A stretch of 59,910 bases of DNA, counting the filler. It is 6 parts of 6 records of this genome, joined end to end, with 100 filler letters (N's around TTAATTAATTAA, not from the genome) between each part and the next. Parts side by side here need not be neighbours in the genome. Positions count along the whole stretch, not along the records: positions 25,356 to 41,388 come from SRR2962707_3520; positions 41,489 to 47,298 come from SRR2962707_3521; positions 47,399 to 59,910 come from SRR2962707_3522; 3 more parts are not named here. The stretch is one strand, 5' to 3'. Shown piece after piece: positions 37,501 to 48,269 of the stretch; position 1 is the first letter of the stretch; each line of letters starts with the position of its first letter. The translations under genes and the position numbers were made by a program. The notes under the pieces were generated by a model. It saw only the letters and a list, made by a program, of their open reading frames with translations. It made no database searches and was not told the DNA's origin.

Positions 37501-40500
37501 GTGGTGGTTTACGCCGGTTGCTCTCACGGCGAGGGGGTGCATCAAGGTTGAAGTTGTGAAGGGCATCAGGCTCAGCAGCGGGCGAAGCAGCAGCTAAAGG
37601 TGAAGCCGGTGGCATCCCCCGCCCATTGCGGGGCCCCGAGCGTTGGAGTCCCATGCGATTAACAGGACCAATCTGCGTCTCATTTTCCTCCAAACTAGGA
37701 TCCCCAATGCGTGTCACGGACGCCGCTGCGGAGGTGCTGAATTTCTGCACAGCACCAATGAAGAGATAAGTGTCCGCAAGCCCGAACGAGCTTGACCGGG
37801 AACGACTTCGTGCACGTCCTCCAGCATCAGGACCGACGCCTGCAGCTTTGGTGACTACCTGGATAGGTCTGCCTCCACTTTCATGACTCGTTTTGGGGCC
37901 CAACGGCGACGACACGGACCGAGCAAAAGATCGAGGCGGAATAACTTGGGAAGCGGCAGTCGTAGATCCGGTGGATGCCGAGTTCTGCCTCTCTGACGAT
38001 CCTTTGCCCGACAAAGACGACTCTTGAACCAACTTCGACAAAATAGTTCCATCGGCTTTACTGACTGCGGCATTGTCACTTAACGACCGCCGATAAATGC
38101 TCCCAACTCGAACATCACCATGGGTATCTATATTTTCATTTGCTTGACTGGCGGCTCGATTGGAAAGCTTTTGTTGCAGCTCGGGCGGCAAAATGGGTTT
38201 ACCGCTTTTGGTGAACTTTACCTGGCGAATGTGCTTTTTGAGCGCTGCGGTGAAATCGCGGCGGCAGTGGCTTGGGGTGTTGAGAAACCCAAGCGTCACT
38301 GCAACAAGCTGTTTTGTTTCTGTTGCCAAACGTGCGATACAAAACTGTTGTTGTCGCGGGCGCGATACTCGCCTCCAGTCCTGCTCGGACGCAGACAATG
38401 TGGGCGAGGACTCCCACAAAGGCCGCTTTTTGCCCCGCAACTTTTCGGTATTCTGCGGCTTCTGCCCTCCGGGACGCAGGCTTGATGTCGAGCGGGAATG
38501 TTGGAAGTGTGCTGCCCGAGGATCCCTCGACGAGTTTCGGGTGGCACGAAACGATTGCTTCACATCCATCAACTTAAAATAAATCCCGCTTTGAACTTCC
38601 TCATCAAACCATGCAGCTATCACAGCTCGCAGTGCCTGAGCACCACGATAAGCTTGGCGAGAGCCACCACGACAAAGAACCTCAAATCTTACAATTTCAA
38701 ACCACCTGTGCCAAATTGGAATCGTGGAGTTGCAAACAACGCGTAGAAATCGTCGAAACTGCGGCGATGTTCGCATTGCCGGTGCCGCTGGTGGTGCTGC
38801 GGCAGCAGTGGAGGCACTTGTAGAATGAAGCTGGGAGGCATAGCTCCCGTGTGACGCTGGGTGCGGCTGCCGCCGATGCCTGCTGTTCCACTGCCAGCTC
38901 TCCAGCTGTTGCCGCCAGCGCGATTGCTGAGCCGGCGGATCGTGGAGCTGGGCCAATATCTGATCAGTGACCTTGACACACTCCATGAACTCATAAAAAG
39001 AAGCTGGTTGTGCGTGAGCGCCCGAGTGCACATGCAACAGGTTTGCGCTTCCCGCAACAGTATTTGTGCTCACGTTGCCAGATGGCGGAAAATTCATCGC
39101 GTTTGAAGAATTTTGGGCACCGTAGCTGCCAGCGGTTCCAGATACGTGTGCTTTGTGCCAATGGTTGAAAGAGGCGATCACATCGGCGGGGCCTCGCAAA
39201 GCGATTTTCACTTTCAAGGCGGCACCAATAAAGGCAGAGAAATCCAGGTTTGGGTTCATCCCAAAAGGTGGCTGCGCTCTTTGGCCAGCATCGTCCCGAC
39301 CCTCCGCAAGATCCGTATTGAAGGCACAAAAGTATTCAATTTGAACTGCAGGCGTCAGATGGCGAATGCAACGTACTGCACTGACGGGCGCCGCACTTCC
39401 ATCCTCGCGTGGATTGATTGGAGGCATCGAACCGCTGCCACTTCTCGATACACCTGCACTCGTTGAAGATGATTGAGCGAAAGTGTGCATGATTTTTGTT
39501 ACCGAGAAACCCTCCGTCAGTCTGCACCACAACACATCGCGAATTCGAACTCCGACAAGATCATATGACTTCACAACTGTGCGCTTGAGTGTGTGCTGGG
39601 AATGGGTTTGATACCACTTCCAACGTGGCCGGTGGCTCAACTGTCTGTACGGCTGTGGAAGTGATTTGCCAATGCCCACAGCAGAAATAAATTGAGATGT
39701 GAAGCGTGACCCTCGCGCTGATTGCTCGTCATTGCACTTCACAGAGGACTCCCGCCACAACAAAGCGTGCTGAATGTGGTTGAAAGGTTGTGCCCTCTGT
39801 GAATGACTGCGAGTTTCTGGCGCTGCACCACTGACTGAATGGCGACGCTTGGAACTGACTCGAGTGGATCCCGCTTTGTCACCCAATACCCGGCCAAGAA
39901 TCTTCCCTCCAGTTGTAATAGCAATGGTCTTCAGAATATCAATATCTGGAACGTACCCGAAGGCACTGCAGGCTTGCTGGCTCACATCACCGACATCCAC
40001 CGGGAGAATGTGACACACAATGTCATGTCGACAGAATTGCAGCAAAATACTTTCGTAGCTTGTAGGAGGCGGTTCCACAACCACGCCGTCGGTAACCAAT
40101 ATGACAACTGGGACCGCGTTGGATGGGAGAAGCTTCATCACCATAGCTGCGTTCACAAGCATCTGCACAAGAAAGGCAGAGGTTAATCGATTGCAGCAAG
40201 GCAAAAACGAGAAGTTTGCACGCGCATGCTGGTGCGGCGAACGCACCTGGTTAACAGAGTTACCACACTTCCACGCGTCCGCAAAGTGACCGTCGGCCTG
40301 TCGCACATTCGAGGTCAAAAAAACTAAATCTCATTGACTTGTTGGAAGAGAATATCGCGGACATCACAAAAAACGCAAAAACATTGTTGACGCACATTGC
40401 GGAAACTGTCGCGCTGGACTAGGGCGTACAATTGGGCCGAAATATGTTTGGCCACTTCTTGATAAGTGTCCTTGCTCACTATACGCCCATGTGTGAGGCA

Positions 40501-41115
40501 TATGAACGTGCGAGTCGGTGTGGTGGCAACCACGCTTAAATGAATCACAGGCTCAAAGTGAATGTGACCGTCCAACGTAATGGGGGCCACCAACTGCTCC
40601 AACAGGGTCTGAATGTAGATGGGAACAAGGTCAAAAGCGATACGCCCAGAGGTGGGCGAGACGACAAACAGAGACTCAGCCAGTCCAATGGACAGCACCA
40701 CGCGATATTCCTGAAACACAAACGAAAGGGCAGTTCGTGGGGTCAATTCAACGCGAACTGAGGGAGATGAATGTGGGCTCTTCGATTTTCCGTTGTTTGC
40801 AGCAGCTGCAGCAGCAGGAGCAGCCGTGGAGGCTGTGGAGGCTGCGACGAGCGTGTCTAATTTCAGTGGTTCGAAGACTTCAGCCGTGAGCAAGGTGAGG
40901 TGACCGGGAAGGGCTTTCGGCAGGTCGAAGCAGCTGCGAGCCCCTTCTTGGAAATTACTTGATTTGCCGTCGCGAGGTTTCACCTTCAATTGGACCCCTC
41001 CTGCATACAACTGGTCAAAGTGCCAAAGCGACCGCTCCGGCATTGACAAATTCGAGTCATTCTCGACTAAAAGGCAAGTGGACCGGGCGTAGAAGCGGTG
41101 AGCCGCCATGGACAT
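25579..41115 (-). CDS. SZT2: SZT2-like protein (KICSTOR scaffold), 5 exons, ~5,055 aa
   Basis: Exons 41115-40396, 40297-40247, 40162-34716, 34622-32811, 32716-25579 sum to 15,168 nt in frame with GT-AG introns. N-terminal YRVVLSIGLAESLFVVSPTSGRIAFD and MKLLPSNAVPVVILVTDGVV...FGYVPDIDILKTIAITTGG match the SZT2 N-terminal region; also RLTEGF and TEFWMEP. Confidence 0.8.
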
Positions 41116-41361
41116 GCTGGTGAGCAGCCCACACGCGCACACTTGCAAACACACCACAGCGAGCACAGAGGGTGGGTGGGGTGGGGTGGTGGGCAACAGA
41201 AAGAAGAACAAGAAAAGGAGAGAAAAACGAAACAAAGACACAGGCTTCCACGAGAACTGATAACACAATGCGGCTCGGGTGTGTGTTGCGGGAGTGTGTC
41301 GAAAAGAGATGAGTCACTGTGGGCATGAAGAGATAGAGACGCCGATAGAGCGTCTCGCAAA

Positions 41362-41388
41362 ACAGACAGACAGACAGACAGACAGACA
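41362..41388. repeat. (ACAG)n microsatellite at contig end upstream of SZT2
   Basis: Direct reading. Confidence 0.9.
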
Positions 41389-41488
41389 NNNNNNNNNNNN
41401 NNNNNNNNNNNNNNNNNNNNNNNNNNNNNNNNTTAATTAATTAANNNNNNNNNNNNNNNNNNNNNNNNNNNNNNNNNNNNNNNNNNNN
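41389..41488. other. Artificial contig linker
   Basis: N-run, TTAATTAATTAA, N-run. Confidence 0.97.
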
Positions 41489-43195
41489 AGTGATTGCCAA
41501 GCGCAAATTTCGTACCATTCACTCCATGGACAGCAAGGAAATCGTGGTTCTGGACATCCCTGGTGTCTTCGCATTGTGTCGCCGTACTTGTTCACATTCG
41601 AGTGTGCCGTCAAAGCACGCTGGGTGGGCCAAATGTTGCTCCCAATGCTCTGCTCTGAGTTTGTAATGTTTTCAGAGCGATACTTCATTGCAGCCATTGC
41701 TGACGGCTTTCTAAAATTGGATGATCAAATGGCGAAACCAACTCAAATCCTTAAGCATGGAACTATTTTGACGCATCAAGTTCTTTGCACCGAACCTCTT
41801 AGCTGGGTTCGCAGTTCGCCGCTGGTGCTGGGCAGGCACCCTCGGACCAAAGGAGACGCGCCAACAACCCTCACAACGCTTGATCGTATTGATGTTGAAG
41901 TTGTGCGATGGAAGAACAGTGTTGTGCTCCTCGTCAACAAACCCGCTGGAATTCCTGTGTACCCAACTGGGGCATTTCGCCACGCCACAGTTTCCAAGCT
42001 ACTTGAGAGGGCCATTCGAAATGATGAACCGCTTGCTGATGCGATTCGCTGCAAGGTCAAGACGCTCGCGACAGCATCTGGAGAACTTGAACATACGCAA
42101 AATACCTCCGATGTTTGCGTGTCCAACGCCCACATTCCGTCGCTTCATATCGTACACCGCCTTGATCGTCTGGTCAGCGGGCTACTGATTGTGGCCGTTG
42201 GACAGCGCGCTGCGCGCCAAATTAGCGAACAGTTTGTCGGCAAAACTGCCGCTGCAGTCGCAGCCGATGCATGCTTGGGTCATGGTTCAACAGCTGGACT
42301 TGACGCTCGTAGTTTCGGAGCTGCACATGCGGCGGGCGCTGGAGCCACTTTGCCCATCAAGTCCAATTCAACTACTCATCCTTCCGCAAGCCGTCTGCAG
42401 TCGCTGGAACCGGCGGCCCCCGTTCTTCGAAAGCAATACCTTGCATGCGTGTGGGGAAAATTTCCTTCGCAGCAAGCAGATGCGAGGAGTACGATTGTTT
42501 GCCGCGAGCCTATTGTGCAAGTGGAGGCTACCCAATCAAAATATGCATGTGGTTCATTGGAATCCAATCGAGGGGCTAAAGCTGCGACAACACACTTTCG
42601 ACTCGTACAGTTCTCGTCCACATTGAATGTGAGTCTCGTGGAGTGTGTGCCGCTGACTGGACGCCAACATCAAATTCGCCTGCACTTGGCCTTTTTAGGT
42701 TTTCCTATTGTTAATGATGAGCTGTACGGACGTGCCGCGGGCGGGACGACAAAGCCGTCTGCTCGTGGTTCTTCGTCGTCGTTGCCTGTTGACAATTTTG
42801 TCGCGCAAGCTATCGCGGCTGTCGACCAAGACTCTAAGCAGTCAGTCGCAGCACCACACAGTTTACCGTCGTCGAATTTAAGCAGGGATACCATCTTGCT
42901 CAATCTTGGGGCCCGGATCAGTAAGACCGACACCGCCAAGGCAACAGCTCTTCGACAGACGGTGCACGAGGCATGGATTTCGAAGCAGCGCGTGGGCGTC
43001 GAGGCCGACGAAACGAGCAAAATACGACGGTTGTGGGAACTTCGCCGTCTGTTTGCGAGCGCCGGGCAGACATCGCGTGCAGAAATTTCTAGGTGTCGGT
43101 TTCTGTTGCTTCACGCGAAAAGATACAGTGTGCCTGGAAGCCTTTTGGAGTTCCAGGTCCCGGACCCTCCCTGGGTACACGAATTGTTTGCATGA
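41489..43195 (+). CDS. RluA-family RNA pseudouridine synthase, RPUSD2/PUS8-9-like (5' partial)
   Basis: Open from the contig edge. PYLFTFECAVKARW (RPUSD2-like N-term), VNKPAGIPVYP, catalytic HRLDRLVSG, PLTGRQHQIRLHL..LGFPIVNDELY, LLHA. Confidence 0.9.
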   Translation, partial: SDCQAQISYHSLHGQQGNRGSGHPWCLRIVSPYLFTFECAVKARWVGQMLLPMLCSEFVMFSERYFIAAIADGFLKLDDQMAKPTQILKHGTILTHQVLCTEPLSWVRSSPLVLGRHPRTKGDAPTTLTTLDRIDVEVVRWKNSVVLLVNKPAGIPVYPTGAFRHATVSKLLERAIRNDEPLADAIRCKVKTLATASGELEHTQNTSDVCVSNAHIPSLHIVHRLDRLVSGLLIVAVGQRAARQISEQFVGKTAAAVAADACLGHGSTAGLDARSFGAAHAAGAGATLPIKSNSTTHPSASRLQSLEPAAPVLRKQYLACVWGKFPSQQADARSTIVCREPIVQVEATQSKYACGSLESNRGAKAATTHFRLVQFSSTLNVSLVECVPLTGRQHQIRLHLAFLGFPIVNDELYGRAAGGTTKPSARGSSSSLPVDNFVAQAIAAVDQDSKQSVAAPHSLPSSNLSRDTILLNLGARISKTDTAKATALRQTVHEAWISKQRVGVEADETSKIRRLWELRRLFASAGQTSRAEISRCRFLLLHAKRYSVPGSLLEFQVPDPPWVHELFA

Positions 43196-43430
43196 CTAAC
43201 AAGAAGAGCGGGAAACATAGCTCTACCAACCCAACCCAAAACCACCATTTTGCTCGCACAATAGTTCGAGTTTTGATACAACATACATGTTGCTGTAATT
43301 ATGAAAATGAGGTTTAGACAAAGTACATGCGCTGTGAGCAGCAACAGAAAGTGAGCATTGTTGTAGCGCCATGCTGGATAGTTGGCAGTCCAGCGCGTAG
43401 AAAGCAGGGTGCAACTCTGCTCGGGGTGCT

Positions 43431-46400
43431 TCACTTGCCAGCAGCCATGAGCGCTTGCAACAGATTCGACGAATCCAGGTTTCGTGCGTCATTCTTCAGG
43501 GTAACCTCCAGTGGAAGCACGGCAGGTTTACTTTTCCGTTCACCTTCGCTGCACGCTCGTGCAAGGGCAGTGGTAGTTTGAGCTGTTTTGCTTTTTCGGT
43601 TGACAGAAGAGGCTTTGTCTGCAGCCGCGACTGGGATGTTACTTGGTCGTCGAATTAGTGTCTGCATCAGAGCTGCAAATAGTGTGGAGGGGGCGGCTAC
43701 AATGTGCGACGGTGTGTCCAGTAATGACGCCAGTTTCTTCGACCCTGCGCCACTCGAATTAGTGAGCTGTTGGAGGGCTTTTTTCTGTAGTTCTTCTTGC
43801 TGGGCTGCCCTCCGGCGAGCGGCAGAAGCTCCAGCATTCAGGCCAAAAATGGAGCTAAAGTTGCCTGCCGTGATGCCAGCAGAGGCAGCAGCTGCGGCCT
43901 CATTGCGCCCACTCTCTTGCTGACCAAAACTTTCGCTGCGACCATCTAAAATGCGGCCTTCCACATCAGATACAACGAGGTGGTATCGTTGTCCGTGCCC
44001 TAAATCATTCCCATCTGACAAGACCGATTCCGACCTCGCGGTTGCCGCTTCTGCGGCAGGAAGTGGTGACTTGACATAATTAATTGCCTGAATGGCACAT
44101 CCGTGCTCCATGGATCGACTCATGTCGGGTGTGCGGTCGTCAGCAGTGAAGGAGAGAATTATTCCTGAAAATAAGGCGTTGTCGGGGGAGGCGCTGGACG
44201 ACAAGTTGCCGTTGTCAGAGACAGGGGCACTACTGCAGCGAGAGGTACCCGCTCGCTTGCGCTTCTTTTGTTGACCCTTCGCTTGGTTTTTACCTTCACC
44301 AACACCAGCGGAAAGAGGCGCAGTCGACTCACCCCGCTTGAGTTTCAATGCCAGGGAAAAACGTGGCTGCGTCGGATGCAACGCAAATGCAGTGATTGCT
44401 GGCAAGTCTGTATGACTCCACCACAGCGTCAGTGTCAGCAGGTTCCACACGCAGACCTGACGCGCGCTGCACGCGACAAGGAACGGACTGGAGCCCCGCA
44501 AAAACCCAACGTGGCGCACTCTTTCGGAACTGGGTTGGTGCGGCAGCACATGTAGGAGAGTGTTTGTATGAGGATTCCATAGTGTCACGTTGCTTCCAAA
44601 AGCAATCGCGAGCAGCGACCCATCTTCTGCAAAAGCCACCGCGCTTGCAGGAAGACCACGGTACTCACAAGTGGAGCGGCATCGCCACAGCAGACGACCA
44701 CCATTTCCGGAACCAGAGTCTTTCTGCTTTGGTGTCTTGTCAGCTGTATTTCCGACCGTGCTACCGGATGCTGTGGGCAGTGAGCCACTGCCGGTGTCGG
44801 CCTCGCTGCTCAGAGCTCGACACTCCCAAATTTTGCACTTCCCCTCCTTAGAGGTCGTTGCGACCTCGTGGCGTGATGGGTGATAAGCCATGCACGTTAC
44901 ATCCCGCGTGTGTGGTGCATCCACGACGGTGTTCAGCGCAAAAAAAGCAGTGCTCCCGGCGCCAAGTTGATCGCTACTGCCTTCGGGGGGGCTGGTGCGG
45001 TGCCAAAACTTTAGCTTTTGCACGCCTCTGTGATAGTCAAGTGTCGACAAGATGGAACCATCGCTAGAGAAAGCAACTTTGTCCACCAAGGCATGGAATC
45101 GGGCCGGTTGCAGTGGTGCGCCCAATGATTGGTGTGCGTGGACTTGTTTCGCCACAAAGTTTTGAAGGGTGATCGGTACGGTCGCAGCATGTGAGTTGCT
45201 CAACATGTCAAATAGTTGCAGACTACCTGTTCCCTCAAGGTCATTTGCCACGAGGCAGTTCGACAATGGATCGACCACGATGCCGGTTCGGCCAAAGCTC
45301 TGCGCGACAGCGGGCGACGAGGCGGCTGCAAGACCACGAACACGCCAGACTTCCTTCCGTGATGCACTGGAAATAAGCACGACAGAGTTGTCACTACAAC
45401 ACACTCCGTACAAATCAGCCTCTGGACTGGACGAAATATGCAAAATGGCGCCTCCCAGGCGGGGGAGAAATTCTGGTTTATTATCCTCCTTCTGCTGCTG
45501 CCATTGAACAAGGACGCCCTCGGACCCTCCAGACAGAAGATAAGAATCGTCACTGCAGTGATGCAACGCTGTTACAGCGTGCGAGTGCCAGTGACGAACG
45601 GAGACAATCGGGTTCTCCAGCGTCACCTGCTTCACAACCTCAATGTCAAGCGTTGCGGCTGGAGCGCTACCTGAACCACTCGCTTCGGCATCTGTGAGAT
45701 CTTTTGAGCCTTCACCGTCGATGTTCAGAGCAGAAATGCAGTAAATGTTGGTAATTTTCCCACTGGTGTCTCCAATTGCGATGACTCCATCGCGAGGGTG
45801 GACAGAACACGCTGTGATCTGCTGCGTGTGGTGCAGGGTTTCGTGCAGGCCACGATCCAAATGCCACAAGTGCAAGTTGTTCCCATCCGTGACGACAAGT
45901 GTTGCGTGGCGAACAGACGGCGATGGCAGCACCTGTGATTTTAGGGTCAACGCCTTCTCGTCGTGAAGGCGGTTCGTATCAAGTTGAAATGGGACAACCG
46001 ACCACGCTGCAGGCGGCGCGTGTGCCGGCTTCTTGGGAATACCACCAGCAGCCGTTGGCAACGGGAGCCCACTGCCCTGAGAAAACACTAGAACGACAGT
46101 GGATGAAATGGCGGGCACCGGTATCAGGTTGTAAATAGGGCGTCCAATGTCCCACTTGCGGAGGCACACTGCGTCCACAAAGTCCCAGGCGCGCACAGTC
46201 CCGTCAAGGCTAGAACTCAATAGCTGGAACTCATTGGATGGATTGATCGCGACGGACGTCACCCGCTGGGTGTGGCCAGCGAGCACACCCACTGTGAGTC
46301 CTGTCTTGACTGCCAGAACGCGAACGCTTGAGTCTTGGACGCAGAAACAGAACTTTGCATCTTTGGAGAAGACGAGTGGATGCCGCGTCAAGGCGGCTCC

Positions 46401-46505
46401 AATGGGGCGTGCTCCAACTCGGTGAGCCACAACCAGCTTCTCTGGAGTCGTGGGAGTGCCTGAACTCTTGGCGAGCGCGGTTCTCCGTTTGGGAGTCTTC
46501 GCCAT
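43431..46505 (-). CDS. WDR75: WD-repeat protein 75 (UTP17/NAN1), SSU processome
   Basis: WD40 repeats; HWHSHAVTAL..DDSYLLSGGSEGVLVQW..FLPRLGGAILHISSSP is characteristic of WDR75. First ATG at 46505 (the ORF track starts at an upstream GTG). Confidence 0.85.
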   Translation of the reverse strand: MAKTPKRRTALAKSSGTPTTPEKLVVAHRVGARPIGAALTRHPLVFSKDAKFCFCVQDSSVRVLAVKTGLTVGVLAGHTQRVTSVAINPSNEFQLLSSSLDGTVRAWDFVDAVCLRKWDIGRPIYNLIPVPAISSTVVLVFSQGSGLPLPTAAGGIPKKPAHAPPAAWSVVPFQLDTNRLHDEKALTLKSQVLPSPSVRHATLVVTDGNNLHLWHLDRGLHETLHHTQQITACSVHPRDGVIAIGDTSGKITNIYCISALNIDGEGSKDLTDAEASGSGSAPAATLDIEVVKQVTLENPIVSVRHWHSHAVTALHHCSDDSYLLSGGSEGVLVQWQQQKEDNKPEFLPRLGGAILHISSSPEADLYGVCCSDNSVVLISSASRKEVWRVRGLAAASSPAVAQSFGRTGIVVDPLSNCLVANDLEGTGSLQLFDMLSNSHAATVPITLQNFVAKQVHAHQSLGAPLQPARFHALVDKVAFSSDGSILSTLDYHRGVQKLKFWHRTSPPEGSSDQLGAGSTAFFALNTVVDAPHTRDVTCMAYHPSRHEVATTSKEGKCKIWECRALSSEADTGSGSLPTASGSTVGNTADKTPKQKDSGSGNGGRLLWRCRSTCEYRGLPASAVAFAEDGSLLAIAFGSNVTLWNPHTNTLLHVLPHQPSSERVRHVGFLRGSSPFLVACSARQVCVWNLLTLTLWWSHTDLPAITAFALHPTQPRFSLALKLKRGESTAPLSAGVGEGKNQAKGQQKKRKRAGTSRCSSAPVSDNGNLSSSASPDNALFSGIILSFTADDRTPDMSRSMEHGCAIQAINYVKSPLPAAEAATARSESVLSDGNDLGHGQRYHLVVSDVEGRILDGRSESFGQQESGRNEAAAAASAGITAGNFSSIFGLNAGASAARRRAAQQEELQKKALQQLTNSSGAGSKKLASLLDTPSHIVAAPSTLFAALMQTLIRRPSNIPVAAADKASSVNRKSKTAQTTTALARACSEGERKSKPAVLPLEVTLKNDARNLDSSNLLQALMAAGK

Positions 46506-46585
46506 CTTTTCGAGTTTAGTTGCTGTGCTGGGCGCCACTTCGTAGCAGCAGCTGAAATGAAAACGAGCTGCAGCTTCTCACGGAT

Positions 46586-46614
46586 AGAAGAAGAAGAAAA
46601 AGAAGAAGAAGAAG
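46586..46614. repeat. (GAA)n tract upstream of WDR75
   Basis: Direct reading; (TTC)n on the sense strand. Confidence 0.8.
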
Positions 46615-46959
46615 CTACAACTTCTACTCTCTTCTTTCTGTTTGTCTTTGTCCCACTGGCTTGACAGCTCGGGCGAAAGACCGCGCTGCCGTGCGCGTCG
46701 CCCTGGTTGCTTTTTTGGTTTGAAGCGCAACTCTTCTCAAATTATTCTTTTTCATCTTTTGCCCATGTTGCAGCAACACATCTCACAACCTACGCAAACA
46801 CAGACACTTTGACACTTTGACACTTTGACACACACACACACACACCTCATCAGCGCCTGTAAGCACGCTCCTCGGTTCCTGAGCAGAGTCCAAGGCCTCC
46901 CAATGCCACAGCACTCCGGGTGATTGCCTTCGATTGAAAGAGTGCGTGTACGTGTCTCA

Positions 46960-47298
46960 ACGAGTGCGAGTCTGAGCGTCTGGGAGTCCCGGGGGTTCGT
47001 GAGTCTCTGTGAGGCGAGTCCCTGTGAGTTCGTTTCGTGTTTGAGTCTCGTGAGTTCATGAGTTCATGGGTGAGTTCGTGCATGAGCGAGTGAGTGAGGA
47101 AGCGAGAGTGTCGCAGCGAGTCAACTTGAGTCGACCAGAGTCGCTGTGATCGAGCGAGCGAGCGAGCGAGCGAGGAAGTGATGAGTCGACGTGAGCGAGT
47201 CAACGTAGCGAGTGAGTTGTTGAGCGAGACAGAGAGAGTGAGTGAATGAGTGAGTGAGTGGGCATGGCCAACCACCCACTCACTCACTCACTCACTCA
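46960..47298. repeat. Degenerate GAGT/GAGC repeat region ending in an inverted (TGAG)n/(CTCA)n pair
   Basis: Dense tgag/gagt/gagc units; perfect 16-bp inverted repeat 47247-47262 / 47275-47290. Confidence 0.8.
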
Positions 47299-47398
47299 NN
47301 NNNNNNNNNNNNNNNNNNNNNNNNNNNNNNNNNNNNNNNNNNTTAATTAATTAANNNNNNNNNNNNNNNNNNNNNNNNNNNNNNNNNNNNNNNNNNNN
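47299..47398. other. Artificial contig linker
   Basis: N-run, TTAATTAATTAA, N-run. Confidence 0.97.
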
Positions 47399-47646
47399 TT
47401 TAGCGTTAAGATAAGTAAATTTAATCAATGGCGTGATGCTAAATTTACCCCCTGAATTGCAGTTAAGAAAGCTTTGTTGTTGGTATAAATAATTGAATAA
47501 ATAACAATTTATTAATGTATGGCAGTCATAATGCAAAGTTGTATTTTTAGGGCTTTGCAGATTCGTTAGCGGGTGAACCGTGGTAACTAAAGTGACTGTC
47601 TTACAAGGCGATTATAACCGCCTTGAAAAAGCACTTGGTTTGTCGA

Positions 47647-48126
47647 TTAAAGAACGTTTACTATCGTCAGTTGCTGACTTTTACCCGCAATATTAAAGAT
47701 CACTTCATCACAGCAATGTTTATTTAACAACGCTTTACCCAATGGCGCATGGGGCGTTAACACTTGAACATTAAATTGCTTATGTTCAACGACTAAACCT
47801 CCAGCATTTGGACCCATATAAAACCATGCCTGCGTCCTTGACTCATACTCAACACAGATCAAAGCGCCAACAGAAACTTGGTCGCTGATAACTTCTTTAA
47901 AACTTTGTTCAAATTGTTGAATGCTCAGATAACAATCGTTCACCCGTTGCGCCTGCCCTTGCGCTAAATAGGCTGCCTCCAAGCCAAGAGTGTCGTATTT
48001 GTTTTCTGCGATATTCTCTTCATGAGTTGCTGTATCATGCGCTGTTTTGGCCGCCATTTTAGCCGTTTCTAACTGAGCGCTTAAAGCAAAACGTAAATGC
48101 TCTATAAAGTGGGTTTTATTGATCAT
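47647..48126 (-). CDS. GreA/GreB-family transcription factor-like protein
   Basis: Coiled coil with AENKYDTLGLEAAYLAQGQ; C-terminal GALI...TPHAPLGKALL GreA/B fold. Confidence 0.8.
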   Translation of the reverse strand: MINKTHFIEHLRFALSAQLETAKMAAKTAHDTATHEENIAENKYDTLGLEAAYLAQGQAQRVNDCYLSIQQFEQSFKEVISDQVSVGALICVEYESRTQAWFYMGPNAGGLVVEHKQFNVQVLTPHAPLGKALLNKHCCDEVIFNIAGKSQQLTIVNVL

Positions 48127-48269
48127 GGTGTCTATTCGTCATCAGAGATAAGGTAATTTTACCTTGCTTTTCGATTTATGTAACCCATTAGCCTTAATCT
48201 AAGTTTAAATATCAATGGCTTAATTGACATAACACGCTGGGGATTTATACTCAAACTGACTTTTAATAG

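Noticed and set aside
25775..40289. Numerous plus-strand and alternate-frame ORFs within SZT2
   Set aside because: Shadow ORFs expected opposite a long, moderately GC-rich CDS.
32717..40318. Treating the 1893-, 623- and 2434-aa ORFs as separate genes
   Set aside because: Short GT-AG introns (34623-34715, 32717-32810) join them in frame into one SZT2 CDS.
46850..47287. 145-aa minus-strand ORF
   Set aside because: Translation of the GAGT/CACT repeat region (SLTH repeats).
47604..47625. Hairpin caaggcg...cgccttg as terminator of the GreA-like gene
   Set aside because: No U-tract follows the stem on either strand, so it was not called.
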